Origin: an uncultured Aliarcobacter sp.
GTDB taxonomy: Bacteria > Campylobacterota > Campylobacteria > Campylobacterales > Arcobacteraceae
DNA length: 64,000 nt
Direction of reading: 5' to 3'
Assembly (NCBI GenBank): GCA_963664305.2
Contig: CAXXLV010000002.1
Span: forward strand, 512,001 to 576,000
The notes under the pieces are model-generated. The model was not told the DNA's origin and did not search any database. It worked only from the letters and a program-made list of their open reading frames with translations. Shown in pieces: positions 9,130 to 18,337 of this stretch (positions within the stretch are counted from its first letter, which is position 1; every line of letters starts with the position of its first letter). The position numbers and the translations under genes were made by a program.

Positions 9130-10224
9130 TTATATATGTTTTTGAAAATGATTTAAGATTTTTGTCATAAGTTCTATTCTTGAAATAAAACTACTTTTTA
9201 ATGCTCTTTCATTTATTGTATGGTCTCCATCACCAAATGGTCCAAAACCATCAAGTGTTGTTACACCACAACTAGCAACAATATTTGCATCACTAACTCC
9301 ACCTCTTTTTTCTTTTGAAATTTTTGTGTTTGTGATGTTTTCTAACTCTTTTATAAATTTCAGTTGTTTGTCATTTTCAGCCATAACATCTCTTTGAATT
9401 CCTCCACTAAGGGTTGATTTTGAACCTTTTACATAAGAAGTATTTACTATCTTTTCTAATGAGTCTAATACTCTTTGTTTTTCTTCATTTGATGTATATC
9501 TGATTTCTAAAAGTAGTTCACATTTTGGAGAGATTGTATTTGCGCCAATTCCTCCATTTATTTTTCCAACATTAACTGTAGTTTGACGTTCTAGGTTTGT
9601 TAGTTTTACCAATTCTTGCAGTTTGAAACTAGCTTCCAAGTTTGCATCAATTCCTTTATCATAGTGATTCCCTGCGTGACTAGCTAATCCTTCTATTGTA
9701 ATAGTAAAAGTTCCTACACCTTTTCTTTGAGTTACAACTTCAAGATTAATTCCAGCTGCTTCAAAAACAAAACAATAATCATAATTTGTGGCAATTGATG
9801 AAGTTAATTCTTTTGAATCATCACTTCCAGTTTCTTCATCAGAAACCAAAAGAAAATCAATGTTAAATACTTCAGCATTTTGATTGAAAATATTTCTAAG
9901 AGCTTGTAAAGCAACAATATTTCCACCTTTCATATCGCAAACTCCAGGTCCATAAACCCAAAATTCATCTTCTTTAAATCCTTCAAAACTATTTGGAGGA
10001 AAAACTGTGTCATTGTGTCCTAAAAGTAAGATTTTATTGCCAGATTTTTTTTCGGAGGAAAAGAGTAGGTGATTACCAATGTTTTCTCTTGTATAAATAG
10101 AAGTATTAAATCCAAGAGGTTCAATCCAACTTGTCATTTTTTGTCCAACTAAATCAACGCCTGATTTGTTTTTTGTGTAAGAGTTTATATTTACGATTGT
10201 TTCTAAATCTTTTAAGTAATCCAT
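9130..10224 (-). CDS. M20 family metallopeptidase (glutamate carboxypeptidase/CPG2-like)
   Basis: LLGHNDTV, GPGVCDMKGG, SDEETGS, FEAA, GGVSD, GDGDHT: all metal/catalytic motifs present; no signal peptide. Confidence 0.92.
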   Translation of the reverse strand: MDYLKDLETIVNINSYTKNKSGVDLVGQKMTSWIEPLGFNTSIYTRENIGNHLLFSSEKKSGNKILLLGHNDTVFPPNSFEGFKEDEFWVYGPGVCDMKGGNIVALQALRNIFNQNAEVFNIDFLLVSDEETGSDDSKELTSSIATNYDYCFVFEAAGINLEVVTQRKGVGTFTITIEGLASHAGNHYDKGIDANLEASFKLQELVKLTNLERQTTVNVGKINGGIGANTISPKCELLLEIRYTSNEEKQRVLDSLEKIVNTSYVKGSKSTLSGGIQRDVMAENDKQLKFIKELENITNTKISKEKRGGVSDANIVASCGVTTLDGFGPFGDGDHTINERALKSSFISRIELMTKILNHFQKHI

Positions 10225-10249
10225 ACTTTCCTCACTGATAAGATGGATT

Positions 10250-10283
10250 ATTCTAATGTTGAAAAATTACAGTTGAGTGACAG
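10250..10283 (-). promoter_or_regulatory. Pho-box-like (OmpR/PhoB-family) direct repeat plus -10 element for the peptidase/ATP-grasp operon
   Basis: Minus strand CTGTCAC-TCAA-CTGTAAT (10283-10266), 10-nt spacer, TAGAAT (10255-10250), then GAGG RBS and ATG at 10224. Confidence 0.6.
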
Positions 10284-10330
10284 TTACAAATTGGTTATGA
10301 AAAAAGAAATAGTGAGAAAAAAGTAGTGTA

Positions 10331-10356
10331 GCTAAAGTGGAAATTCCACTTTTAGC
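10331..10356 (-). terminator. Terminator hairpin after argG
   Basis: GCTAAAGTGGAA/TTCCACTTTTAGC near-perfect inverted repeat immediately after the argG stop. Confidence 0.65.
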
Positions 10357-11598
10357 TTATTTTCTGTTTGGATTGCTTCCAGCGATGATAAATCTTAAAG
10401 CATTTAATCTAATAAATCCTTCTGCATCTTTTTGATTATAAACTTCATCTTTTTCAAATGTTGAGTAAGCATCATTATATAAAGACATTTGAGAATCTCT
10501 TCCAACAACTGTTACGTTACCTTTGTATAATTTGATTTTAACTGTACCTTCAACATTTTTTTGAGTTGCATCAATAGCAGCTTGAAGCATTTCTCTTTCA
10601 GGTGAGAACCAGTATCCTTGGTAAATTAACTTAGCATATCTTGGCATTAACTCATCTTTTAAGTGAGCAGCTTCTCTATCTAAACAAATAGATTCGATTG
10701 CTCTGTGAGCTTTTAACATGATAGTTCCACCTGGAGTTTCATAACAACCTCTAGCTTTCATACCAACATATCTATTTTCAACGATATCAACTCTTCCAAT
10801 ACCGTGTTTGTTTCCTAATTCATTTAATTTAGCAAGTAATGTAGCTGGTGACATTTCAACACCATCAATAGCAACTGGGTCACCATTTTTATATGTTAAT
10901 GTTAAATATTCAGGTGCATCTGGTGCTTTTTCAGGAGCAGTTGTCCATAACCACATAGATTCTTCTGGCTCATTTGCTGGATTTTCTAAATGTAAACCTT
11001 CATAAGAGATATGTAAAAGGTTAGCATCCATAGAATAAGGACTTGCTTTTGGATTTCCATTCTCATCAACGTGTTTTTTAGAGATTTCAATTCCATTTTT
11101 TCTTGCATATTCAAGTAAACTTTCTCTTGAATTTAAGTCCCATTCTCTCCAAGGAGCAATAACTTTGATATCAGGTCTAAGTGCAAGGGCTCCTAATTCA
11201 AATCTAACTTGGTCATTTCCTTTTCCTGTAGCTCCATGTGAAACTGCATCAGCTCCAGTTTCATTTGCAATATCAATTAATTTTTTTGCAATTAATGGTC
11301 TAGCAATAGAAGTTCCTAATAAATATTCACCTTCATAAATTGCATTTGCTCTAAACATAGGGAAAACGTAATCTTTAACAAATTCTTCTTTAATATCTAA
11401 AATATAAACATTTTCAGGTTTGATACCACAAGCAATTGCTTTAACTCTTGCTGGTTCAACTTCTTCACCTTGTCCTAAATCAGCTGTAAAAGTAACAACT
11501 TCAGCTTTGTATTCATCTTGAAGCCATTTTAAAATAATAGAAGTATCAAGACCTCCACTATAAGCTAAAACTACTTTTTTAACATCTTTTTTACTCAT
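10357..11598 (-). CDS. argG: Argininosuccinate synthase
   Basis: [30 protein letters not shown]. Confidence 0.98.
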   Translation of the reverse strand: MSKKDVKKVVLAYSGGLDTSIILKWLQDEYKAEVVTFTADLGQGEEVEPARVKAIACGIKPENVYILDIKEEFVKDYVFPMFRANAIYEGEYLLGTSIARPLIAKKLIDIANETGADAVSHGATGKGNDQVRFELGALALRPDIKVIAPWREWDLNSRESLLEYARKNGIEISKKHVDENGNPKASPYSMDANLLHISYEGLHLENPANEPEESMWLWTTAPEKAPDAPEYLTLTYKNGDPVAIDGVEMSPATLLAKLNELGNKHGIGRVDIVENRYVGMKARGCYETPGGTIMLKAHRAIESICLDREAAHLKDELMPRYAKLIYQGYWFSPEREMLQAAIDATQKNVEGTVKIKLYKGNVTVVGRDSQMSLYNDAYSTFEKDEVYNQKDAEGFIRLNALRFIIAGSNPNRK

Positions 11599-11749
11599 AA
11601 ATCTATCCTATGGTTACATTATTTTAAGGCACACATTTTATCGAAAATTAGTTGTAATTCAACTAAAGTTACAAAATAGTTCTTTACTTTGTAGTCTAAT
11701 TGTAATTTATAAAAGGCTCATTTAGTTAATTTTAGTTATAATCAATACT

Positions 11750-11998
11750 ATGAGAATCGATAAATTTTTAAATGCAGTAAATATTACTAAACGAAGAGCA
11801 GTTGCTGAAGATATGTTAGAGCATAAAGTTGTATTTATAAACGACCAAGCTGTAAAAAAAGCAAAAGAAGTAAAAGTTGGAGATATTATAGAAATTAAAT
11901 ATCTTGAGAAGAGTGAGAAATTTAAGGTATTACAAATTCCAGTTACAAAATCAACACCTAAATCAAAAATAGATGAATATGTGCAAAGGATAGACTAA
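11750..11998 (+). CDS. S4-domain RNA-binding protein (Hsp15/RqcP-like)
   Basis: MRIDKFL...KRRAVA...KKAKEVKVGDII; TATAAT 7 nt upstream of the ATG. Confidence 0.88.
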   Translation: MRIDKFLNAVNITKRRAVAEDMLEHKVVFINDQAVKKAKEVKVGDIIEIKYLEKSEKFKVLQIPVTKSTPKSKIDEYVQRID

Positions 11999-12981
11999 TG
12001 TTTAATACAACAAAATTAAAATTTGATGATATTTTTGAAAATAGATTAAGTCAAGAGGAAATTCGTGAATATCTATTGGAGCTTTATGAAAGAGGTGAAA
12101 CAGCTTCTGAAATAGCAGGTGCAGCAAGCGCAATGAGAGATCATCTTATACCACTTCCAATTCACGAAGATTTAAGAGCAAAAGCAATTGACATTGTAGG
12201 AACAGGTGGAGATAAAAGTTATAGTTTTAATATCTCAAGTACAGTTTCAATTTTATTAGCAGCTTGTGGATGTTATGTAGCAAAACATGGAAATAGAAGT
12301 GTTACAAGTAAAAGTGGTAGTGCAGATATGCTTGAAGCTTTAGGAATAAATTTAAATCTAAGTTTAGAAAATACAGCAAAAATGTTAGAAGAAACAGGTT
12401 TTGGTTTTATGTTTGCTGCAAATCATCATCCAGCAATGAAATATATTACACCTGTTAGAAAATCAATTCCACACAGAACAATTATGAATATTTTAGGACC
12501 TTTATGTAATCCAGCAGGTGTTACAAAGCAAGTAATTGGTGTTTTTGATAAAGATTATATAAATAGAATTGCTACGGCTCTTGATTTACTTGATAGTAAA
12601 AGAGCTATGATTTTATCGTCAAATGATGGAATGGATGAAATATCAATTTCTGATATTACTTATGCAACATTATTAATCAATGGAAAAATTACTGATATTG
12701 AAATTAATCCTGAAGAATATGGTTTACCAATGGCTTCAAAAGAAGATATTATTGGAGAAGGACCAGAGTTTAATGCAAAACTAACAAAAGATATTCTATC
12801 TAAAAAAATTGTTGGTGCAAAACTTGATATTGTTTTAATAAATGCAGCAGCAGCTTTAATCGTTGATGAAAAAGCTAGAGATTTCAAAGAAGGAATTGAG
12901 ATGGCAAGATGGGCTATCATAAGTGGTGCTGCACAAGAAAAGTTAGAACAAATTATTAAAGTATCTCAACAATTAAGTTAG
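11998..12981 (+). CDS. trpD: Anthranilate phosphoribosyltransferase
   Basis: DIVGTGGD, FNISS, AKHGNRSVTSKSGSAD, GMDE. Confidence 0.96.
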   Translation: MFNTTKLKFDDIFENRLSQEEIREYLLELYERGETASEIAGAASAMRDHLIPLPIHEDLRAKAIDIVGTGGDKSYSFNISSTVSILLAACGCYVAKHGNRSVTSKSGSADMLEALGINLNLSLENTAKMLEETGFGFMFAANHHPAMKYITPVRKSIPHRTIMNILGPLCNPAGVTKQVIGVFDKDYINRIATALDLLDSKRAMILSSNDGMDEISISDITYATLLINGKITDIEINPEEYGLPMASKEDIIGEGPEFNAKLTKDILSKKIVGAKLDIVLINAAAALIVDEKARDFKEGIEMARWAIISGAAQEKLEQIIKVSQQLS

Positions 12982-12988
12982 GTTTATT

Positions 12989-13405
12989 TTGATAAAAGAG
13001 TTTGAATTAGAATTAACTAACTTAGATGTTTTAGTTAAAGAGTTAAAAAATATTATTGGAAATGAAGATAGTATTATTATATTAAGAGGTGACTTAGCAA
13101 GTGGGAAAACAACTCTTGTTAAAAATTATGTAAAATCTTTAGGATTAAATGATTTAGTTACTTCTCCTACTTTTTCATTGCAAGCAATATATTCAGAAAA
13201 AGTTTTTCATTATGACGTTTATAATAAAACTTTACAAGAATTTATCTCTCTTGGTATGTTAGAAGAGTTTGAAAAAGAGGGTATCCACTTTGTAGAGTGG
13301 GGTGATGAAAAACTAGAAGAAATACTAAAAGATTACGGATATAGAGTAATTTTAGTTGAAATTGAAAAAAAAGATAATAGAAGGTTGTATAAAATAAATG
13401 CATAA
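12989..13405 (+). CDS. tsaE: tRNA t6A biosynthesis ATPase TsaE
   Basis: GDLASGKTT, VTSPTFS, HYDVY, VEW. Confidence 0.94.
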   Translation: MIKEFELELTNLDVLVKELKNIIGNEDSIIILRGDLASGKTTLVKNYVKSLGLNDLVTSPTFSLQAIYSEKVFHYDVYNKTLQEFISLGMLEEFEKEGIHFVEWGDEKLEEILKDYGYRVILVEIEKKDNRRLYKINA

Positions 13406-14120
13406 ATTAGAAGTAAAAGATATTACAAAAACAATCAAAAAAACACAAATCTTACATGGTATTTCTCTTGAAGTTAACTCTGGGGAAATAGTTGGTTTAT
13501 TAGGACCAAATGGAGCAGGGAAAACAACAACTTTTTATACAGTATGTGGATTAGTAAAACCAACTAGTGGAAATGTTTATTTTGATGATAAAGATATTAC
13601 AGCTTTACCTTTACATAAAAGAGCAATAAAGGGAATAGGTTATTTACCTCAAGAATCTTCTATTTTTAAAGATTTATCAGTTGAAGACAATTTAATGCTT
13701 GCTGCTGAAATCATCACAAAAGATAAAGATGAACAACAAAAAAGAGTTGAAGAGTTACTTGAATTGTTTAATATTGAGCCAATAAGACAAAGGAAAGGTG
13801 TTTCTTTATCAGGAGGTGAGAGAAGAAGAACTGAAATAGCAAGAGCCTTAATCTCTCATCCAAAATTTTTACTTCTTGATGAACCTTTTGCTGGAGTTGA
13901 TCCAATTGCTGTTAAAGATATTCAAGAGATTATTCATCAATTAACAAAAATAAATATTGGTGTTTTAATAACAGACCATAATGTAAGAGAAACTTTAGAG
14001 ATATGTGATAGAGCTTATGTTATGAAAGCAGGTGCATTGTTATCTAGTGGAACAAGTGATGATATTAAAAATGATCCAAAAGTAAGAGAACATTATTTAG
14101 GTGAAGATTTTAATTTTTAA
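13398..14120 (+). CDS. lptB: LPS export ABC transporter ATPase
   Basis: GPNGAGKTT, YLPQESSIF, LSGGERRRTEIARAL, DEPFAGVDP, ITDHNVRETL. Confidence 0.97.
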   Translation: MHKLEVKDITKTIKKTQILHGISLEVNSGEIVGLLGPNGAGKTTTFYTVCGLVKPTSGNVYFDDKDITALPLHKRAIKGIGYLPQESSIFKDLSVEDNLMLAAEIITKDKDEQQKRVEELLELFNIEPIRQRKGVSLSGGERRRTEIARALISHPKFLLLDEPFAGVDPIAVKDIQEIIHQLTKINIGVLITDHNVRETLEICDRAYVMKAGALLSSGTSDDIKNDPKVREHYLGEDFNF

Positions 14121-14125
14121 ATAAA

Positions 14126-14152
14126 ATAGTAATAGTTTTAAGCTATTACTAT
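14126..14152. terminator. Hairpin between convergent lptB and diguanylate cyclase genes
   Basis: ATAGTAATAG...CTATTACTAT inverted repeat. Confidence 0.5.
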
Positions 14153-15454
14153 ATTTTTCCCACTATTTTTTGCAAGATAAAGTGACTTATCAGTTTTAGA
14201 GATTAATGAAGATTCCTCATCATTTTCAAGCATTTGACTTACTCCAAAACTTGCTGTTATTTGTAAATTTTTACTTGTTAAAGGTTTATTTGCGATAGTC
14301 GTTCTAATTTTTTCAGCAACAGCTTTTGCTCCTTCTAAAGGAGTTTGAGGAAGTAAAATTAAAAACTCTTCTCCTCCCCATCTAACACAAATATCAGGTT
14401 CTCTAACATTATCTAGAAGTATTTTTGCTATTTCAATTAAAACTTCATCTCCAACTTGGTGACCATAAGTGTCATTTACATTTTTAAAATCATCAATATC
14501 AAAAAGTATTATTGATAAATTATTACCATATCTTTTTGCTCTTTTTATCTCTTTAGAATATAGTTCATCAAATCTATTTCTATTAAATAAACCAGTTAAT
14601 TTATCATGGCTTGCTTGATATTCAAGTAAGTTTGATTTTTCTTTTAATTTTGTAATATCAGTTAAAGAAAATACATAGTAGTTATCTTTATTTTCATAAT
14701 AATCAACATTAATAGCAAAGATTTTTTCTTCATTTGAAGAGTTTTTGATTTTTACTATTCTATCAATTTCATGTAAATCTTTTATATATTGAATCCATGA
14801 TGCTTGTTTATTGATTTGTTCTTTACTAATAAATCCAAACTCTTCTTGAAAAAAATCAAAAATATTTTTTCCACTAGAAGTAAAATCATTAAAATCTTTG
14901 ATTTCAAAAAAGTCAAGAAATTTTTTATTTACATTTGTGATATTTTCATTATGTGTAACGATAATAATATTATCTTGAGCATCTAAGATAGATTTTATTT
15001 TACTTACTTCTTGTTCGATTTTACTCTCTAAAGATAGATTTAACTCTATTAGTTTTCTTTTTAATAAAATAGGTTCCATAGCTTTTATGATACTTTCTAT
15101 TAATTGGTATAAATCAATAGGTTTCATAGCATAAGTATTAACACCAACTTGAATAGCTTTTCTTAAAAAACTTGTATCATTATGAGCACTAGTTATTACA
15201 AGAGGCATTTCATTGTTTATTTTTCTAATTTGTTCACACATATCTAAGCCATTCATTTTTGGCATATTAATATCTGAAATAATTAAATCTATATCATTTT
15301 GATTTTCTTTATATAACTCTAATCCTTCTAAACCATTTTGAGCTACATAGACTTTTTTTAGTAATGAACTTAATAATTTTGAAGTAAATTCTCTTACATC
15401 GTTTTCATCTTCAACATATAAAACGGAAATGTCTTTTAAAATTTCTTTGTTCAT
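14138..15454 (-). CDS. Response-regulator diguanylate cyclase (REC-PAS-GGDEF)
   Basis: REC (VEDE, SDINMP, KP), DKLTGLFNR, RWGGEEF; RxxD I-site (REPD). Confidence 0.93.
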   Translation of the reverse strand: MNKEILKDISVLYVEDENDVREFTSKLLSSLLKKVYVAQNGLEGLELYKENQNDIDLIISDINMPKMNGLDMCEQIRKINNEMPLVITSAHNDTSFLRKAIQVGVNTYAMKPIDLYQLIESIIKAMEPILLKRKLIELNLSLESKIEQEVSKIKSILDAQDNIIIVTHNENITNVNKKFLDFFEIKDFNDFTSSGKNIFDFFQEEFGFISKEQINKQASWIQYIKDLHEIDRIVKIKNSSNEEKIFAINVDYYENKDNYYVFSLTDITKLKEKSNLLEYQASHDKLTGLFNRNRFDELYSKEIKRAKRYGNNLSIILFDIDDFKNVNDTYGHQVGDEVLIEIAKILLDNVREPDICVRWGGEEFLILLPQTPLEGAKAVAEKIRTTIANKPLTSKNLQITASFGVSQMLENDEESSLISKTDKSLYLAKNSGKNIVIA

Positions 15455-17424
15455 TTTTCTTTCTCTTTAAATTCAATAAGATTAGGTTCTGCAATTGGAG
15501 CTGAAAAATAATACCCTTGGGAATAATCAGCTCCAAGATTTTTAACAATATTAAAAATCTCTTCATTTTCAACATATTCGGCAATTGTTTTCAAATTTAA
15601 ATTTTTGGCAAATTCTATTATAGTTTTTGTTATCTTATAAGAGTTCTCATTTTTAGCAATATTTTTTATCAATGAAGCATCAATTTTTAAATAATCAACA
15701 TTCATTTTTAATAAATGCTCAAAATTTGAATATCCACTACCAAAATCATCAATTGCAACTTTACAACCTAAATTTTTAATTTCATCAATAAACGATATTA
15801 ATAAATTGTAATTTTTAATATTCTCATCTTCTAAAATTTCAAAAACAACTCTATTTTTAACATCATATTTCTTTAACATTTCTTTTATGAAATCTAAAAA
15901 TGAACTATTTTCAATATCTTCATAAGAAATATTAACTGAAAACTCAAAAGGTAAATTCTCAAATTTTTTGAATGATTTTTCTATTACAATTTTTGTCAAT
16001 TTTGTATATTGATTTGACCTTTTTGAAATATCTAAAAAGAAATATGGATTTACAACTTTTCCATCTTCATCAATAAGTCTTACTAAACATTCATATTTAT
16101 CAACATTTAAAGTTTCATTATTAACTAAAGGTTGAAAATATACTTCAATATTATCATTTACAAAAGCAGATTTTAGTTTTTTAGTCCAAAACATATTATT
16201 TTCATATTCTTGAAATTTATCAAGTTCATCATAAAAAATCAAATAATCTTTATGGTCTTTTTTTGCAGTTTGTAAAGCAATATCAGCTGTGATTAGTTTA
16301 TTGTTTTTATCTGAAAATGAAATTCCAGCTGTCATTCTAATATCAATTTCATAATGTTCAAAAATAAATACATTTTTATAAATTGTTTCAATAATTTCAT
16401 TTATTAAATCAACAAATTCATCTCTTGATTCTTCTGTATTTACTACACAATAAGTATCAGAAGGAAATTTATAAAGTTTCAAATTTTTATGGTTGTGTAT
16501 TTTTTTTGAAATAAGTTTTGCAACATCAATTAAGATAGAATCTCCAACTTTATGTCCAAAAAAATCATTAACTTCTTTAAAAGAGTTAATATTCAATAAT
16601 GAAACAGCTTTTAAATTTAGTCCATTATTTTGTAAATCTTCTATTAATTTAGCTCTGTTTGGGAATTTTGTTAAATTGTCTGTATAAAGAAGTTTATAAA
16701 GTTCATGTTTATGTTCTACTTCATGACTTATATCATTTAATATAATTATATTTGTGTCATTATGAGATAAATGAATTTTTTGAATAGAAAAAAATCTTTT
16801 TTTATTTCCAGTTTTTATACATACTTTTAAATTTTTTTCTTTTAATCTACTAGAAGAAATTTTTTCCATGTCTGTAACACAGCCTTCTTCTTTTTCAAAA
16901 ACATCTTTAACAGTTTTGTATTTATCATTTAACTCTTCAAGTGAATAACAATTTGTAAGCTCATAAAAATGGTCATTTGCAAATATAATATGTTCTTTAT
17001 CAACAGAAAAAATTGGATTATTAATATTGTTAATTATTGAATTAGAGAAATCTTCTTCATTTTTTAATAAAATATGATTTTTTATATTGTTAGTAAAATA
17101 TTCTATTTTTGAAACTAATTTATTAAAATCAAGAGGTTCATATAAAATATCTAATTTTCTCGAATTAGATATTTTTGCTAAATCAGAATTATCATTTATG
17201 ATAAAAATAATATAAGGGTCGTTTTTTAAATATTTTTCAATGATATTATAATATTCAATAGAATCTATATGAACAATAAGTACATCAACAAATTCTATTT
17301 CATTAATCATATCTTCAAAATTTGGAAATAATGAGATGTTCACATTTCTAATTTTTTTTGAAGAGTAATCTTTAAAATCATTAAATTTTAAAAAATTATC
17401 TATGATGAAAACATCATAATGCAT
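15451..17424 (-). CDS. EAL phosphodiesterase with degenerate GGDEF domain and N-terminal pseudo-REC/PAS
   Basis: GGDEF position reads KFPSDTY; EAL motifs YECLVR, EILE, DDFGSGYS, KID, AEYVE, QGYYF. Confidence 0.9.
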   Translation of the reverse strand: MHYDVFIIDNFLKFNDFKDYSSKKIRNVNISLFPNFEDMINEIEFVDVLIVHIDSIEYYNIIEKYLKNDPYIIFIINDNSDLAKISNSRKLDILYEPLDFNKLVSKIEYFTNNIKNHILLKNEEDFSNSIINNINNPIFSVDKEHIIFANDHFYELTNCYSLEELNDKYKTVKDVFEKEEGCVTDMEKISSSRLKEKNLKVCIKTGNKKRFFSIQKIHLSHNDTNIIILNDISHEVEHKHELYKLLYTDNLTKFPNRAKLIEDLQNNGLNLKAVSLLNINSFKEVNDFFGHKVGDSILIDVAKLISKKIHNHKNLKLYKFPSDTYCVVNTEESRDEFVDLINEIIETIYKNVFIFEHYEIDIRMTAGISFSDKNNKLITADIALQTAKKDHKDYLIFYDELDKFQEYENNMFWTKKLKSAFVNDNIEVYFQPLVNNETLNVDKYECLVRLIDEDGKVVNPYFFLDISKRSNQYTKLTKIVIEKSFKKFENLPFEFSVNISYEDIENSSFLDFIKEMLKKYDVKNRVVFEILEDENIKNYNLLISFIDEIKNLGCKVAIDDFGSGYSNFEHLLKMNVDYLKIDASLIKNIAKNENSYKITKTIIEFAKNLNLKTIAEYVENEEIFNIVKNLGADYSQGYYFSAPIAEPNLIEFKEKEK

Positions 17425-17469
17425 AGATTCACCCTTATATTTTTTTGTTTATATACATAAGTCTTCCAT

Positions 17470-17521
17470 AAAAGTGCTTTAATATTACTTTATTTATAAG
17501 ATTAAGTTATAAAGCACTTTT
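17470..17521 (-). terminator. Possible hairpin downstream of kdsB
   Basis: AAAAGTGCTTTA...TAAAGCACTTTT inverted repeat with long AT-rich loop. Confidence 0.4.
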
Positions 17522-17526
17522 GATAA

Positions 17527-18252
17527 TTATTTTTTAAAGATTTCTATAGCTCTGTTTAAATCTTCTTGTGTATCAATACCAAATGATTTAGAAACAACCT
17601 TAACCATCGCGATTTTGAAACCATTATCAATAGCTCTTAATTGTTCTAATTTTTCTATATTTTCTAGTTTTGAAGGAGAAAGTTTACAAAAAGCGTTTAA
17701 AGATTTTTTAGTAAAACCATAAATTCCTAAATGTCCACTATATGTTGAAACTTCATGATGATCTCTATGATATGGAATTTTTGCTCTTGAAAAATATATT
17801 GCATTTGAGTGTTCATCTAAAATTACTTTTACATGATTTGGATCATCAGCTAATTCTGAACTTATTTCTTTGAAACAAGATGTAATCATAATATCTTCAT
17901 CATTTTCTTTTATTTTTTTTACTCTATTTATTACAGATTGTACAACATCAGGTTCTATAAAAGGTTCATCTGCTTGAACATTTACAATAATTTCATCATC
18001 ACTTAAATTTAAAATATTAACAGCTTCATTTATTCTATCTGTTCCACTTTGATGTGATGAAGAAGTCATTACAGCATCAAATCCATACTCTTTAGCTAAA
18101 TCTACAACTTCTTGAGAATCTGTTGCAATTACTACTTTATCTAAACTACTTACTTGTTTAGCAGTTCTAATTACCATCGGTAATCCTAAAATATCAACCA
18201 TTATTTTATTTGCAAATCTACTAGAATTTAATCTTGCAGGTATAATTATCAT
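17527..18252 (-). CDS. kdsB: 3-deoxy-manno-octulosonate cytidylyltransferase
   Basis: IIPARLNSSRF..K, SGTDR, NVQADEP, YFSR, LEQLR. Confidence 0.96.
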   Translation of the reverse strand: MIIIPARLNSSRFANKIMVDILGLPMVIRTAKQVSSLDKVVIATDSQEVVDLAKEYGFDAVMTSSSHQSGTDRINEAVNILNLSDDEIIVNVQADEPFIEPDVVQSVINRVKKIKENDEDIMITSCFKEISSELADDPNHVKVILDEHSNAIYFSRAKIPYHRDHHEVSTYSGHLGIYGFTKKSLNAFCKLSPSKLENIEKLEQLRAIDNGFKIAMVKVVSKSFGIDTQEDLNRAIEIFKK

Positions 18253-18337
18253 TTACATTCCTTTTGTTATAAAACCTTGTTTTTAGTGACATTATTATAA
18301 TATAAAAACTTTAAACAAGTAAACAAAAGAGATTTAT

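Noticed and set aside
6702..11598. Cyanophycin synthesis suggested by ATP-grasp genes next to argG
   Set aside because: No CphA-like Mur-ligase domain and no serine-type cyanophycinase; a hairpin and a separate promoter divide argG from the operon
11654..11672. TGTAA...TTACA inverted repeat in the argG upstream region as an operator
   Set aside because: Short and AT-rich; could arise by chance and cannot be assigned to a regulator
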